Notes under the pieces: generated by a model
Database searches by the model: none
What the model saw: only the letters and a program-made list of their open reading frames with translations
What the model was told of the DNA's origin: nothing
Shown here: piece after piece, positions 63,195-64,000 of the stretch
Numbering within the stretch: position 1 is the stretch's first letter
Layout of the letters: each line of letters opens with the position of its first letter
From: an uncultured Gammaproteobacteria bacterium
GTDB taxonomy: Bacteria; Patescibacteriota; Microgenomatia; UBA8517
Assembly: GCA_964599625.1 (NCBI GenBank)
Contig: CAZRGC010000002.1
Location: 71,883 to 135,882, forward strand
Direction: 5' to 3'
DNA: 64,000 nt
Program-made: the position numbers and the translations under genes

Positions 63195-63992
63195 CTATCT
63201 ACGGGGAGTGAATGATTTTATTGGAAGCTCACCAAGTTTTAGTTTAGAAGGAGACCATTGTAAAAAGTATCCCGAAGGAAAGTCGGGATACAAATCTTCT
63301 GTCGCGATAGATTTTCCTATTAACCAAATTCCTCCTGTGGACTTCTCACCTGTGTTAAAACCTTGGGCTGATAAATCATCTAAGTCTGTGTCTTCAACCA
63401 TACAAATGGTGGCAAAACTCCTTGGACCCTTGTAGGTGAGTGTTTTTTTGAGTAGTTCTGTGTTCTCAGGTCTACCTTTTCGGAAAAAGTTGCCTAAATC
63501 GTCTACAACAAGAATTCTAGGATTATCCTGTTTAAACGAAAACCTTTTTTGTTTTGTTTCTAGATCAGCCACAATTCTGCTGAGCACAACTTCTGCAATC
63601 TTTCCTTCGGGGGCATATGCAACTCCATTTTTTTCGATATGTCTTTTTATACCCCAGGTTTTGTCTAACTCATATTGGCTGTCGTGCCTGAGAACCATAT
63701 CCACTTTTAGATACCCTTCTGCGGTCCTTTCACCTTGGAATTGAAGAATTGACTTAACTAAATCTTCCTTTCCGGAGTCCGGCCCTCCCACAACAAAGAT
63801 TGTATTGTTAGTATTTTTGGTTATATCAACCTCCACAGGGTAATATCGATTTTCTGATGGAACAAATCCAAGTACCATTTTGGTAATCGGTCGATCCAGG
63901 TCGGGGTGGTTGTGGCTGGGAAGCCAATGGTCAATATCCGTGGAATCACGGGATACTTTTGCTATATTCAATACTTCCAGTTCTCTGGACAT
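63195..63992 (-). CDS. P-loop NTPase with variant Walker A; HerA/FtsK/DUF87-like pattern. Function unknown.
   Basis: Walker A-like IFVVGGPDSGKEDL (GKE instead of GKS/T). Walker B-like PRILVVDDLGNFF. Convergent with the LamG gene across a 1-nt gap. Confidence 0.4.
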   Translation of the reverse strand: MSRELEVLNIAKVSRDSTDIDHWLPSHNHPDLDRPITKMVLGFVPSENRYYPVEVDITKNTNNTIFVVGGPDSGKEDLVKSILQFQGERTAEGYLKVDMVLRHDSQYELDKTWGIKRHIEKNGVAYAPEGKIAEVVLSRIVADLETKQKRFSFKQDNPRILVVDDLGNFFRKGRPENTELLKKTLTYKGPRSFATICMVEDTDLDDLSAQGFNTGEKSTGGIWLIGKSIATEDLYPDFPSGYFLQWSPSKLKLGELPIKSFTPRR

Positions 63993-64000
63993 AATAGGGG

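Overview
The window is low-GC and gene-dense, and looks like a CPR/Patescibacteria-type genome; that taxonomic call is inferred from gene content and architecture only. It holds four blocks.

(1) 1-17.3 kb, + strand: a tightly packed array of 13 paralogous genes for secreted Cys/His-rich proteins. Several start/stop codons overlap (ATGA-type) or sit a few nt apart. Each protein is built from repeated two-cysteine modules of the form a-C-x(9-14)-C-x-x-G. Recurring His motifs include CHxxxH, CGYGFYHGF, CYHGIGHG and C[VA]TGV[FY]. Three non-canonical cupredoxin-like domains occur here, two fused to array genes and one as a stand-alone, translationally coupled gene. Two small membrane-anchored proteins and a GT-C-like polytopic membrane glycosyltransferase are embedded in the array.

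(2) 17.3-38.6 kb, - strand: one leftward transcription unit. From its 5' end it encodes a 174-aa protein made only of phage-integrase N-terminal SAM-like (core-binding) domains, then a 5727-aa giant surface protein, then a small secreted S/T/G-rich protein with a C-terminal CCGGVCYY motif. A sugar-modification cassette follows: SAM methyltransferase, cupin, GT2 polyprenol-phosphate-sugar synthase-like enzyme and DegT/DnrJ aminotransferase. The giant protein has a cytoplasmic SAM-like half-domain, one TM helix, and about 5600 aa of Thr/Gly/Asn/Ser-rich extracellular sequence. That sequence carries ~1.1-1.3 kb tandem repeats, a LamG/ConA-like domain and a conserved C-terminal domain.

(3) 39.2-46.5 kb, + strand: a housekeeping island with leuS, comEA, comEC split into competence-domain and MBL-domain ORFs, and argS.

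(4) 46.8-63.2 kb, + strand: a second giant gene of 3816 aa. It has an N-terminal MerR-type HTH fused to a single TM anchor and a huge extracellular region that is paralogous to the first giant (same C-terminal domain, same TFTGRVAQD module). It is immediately followed by a 1645-aa protein made of at least 7 tandem LamG domains. A convergent P-loop NTPase gene lies at the right edge.

No rRNA, tRNA or CRISPR was detected by eye.

The most unusual features are the DNA-binding-type domains (integrase-SAM-like, MerR HTH) fused N-terminally to membrane-anchored giant proteins, the in-frame TAA that splits a SAM-like domain between the 174-aa ORF and the giant ORF, and the large secreted Cys/His-rich paralog array with cupredoxin-like domains.
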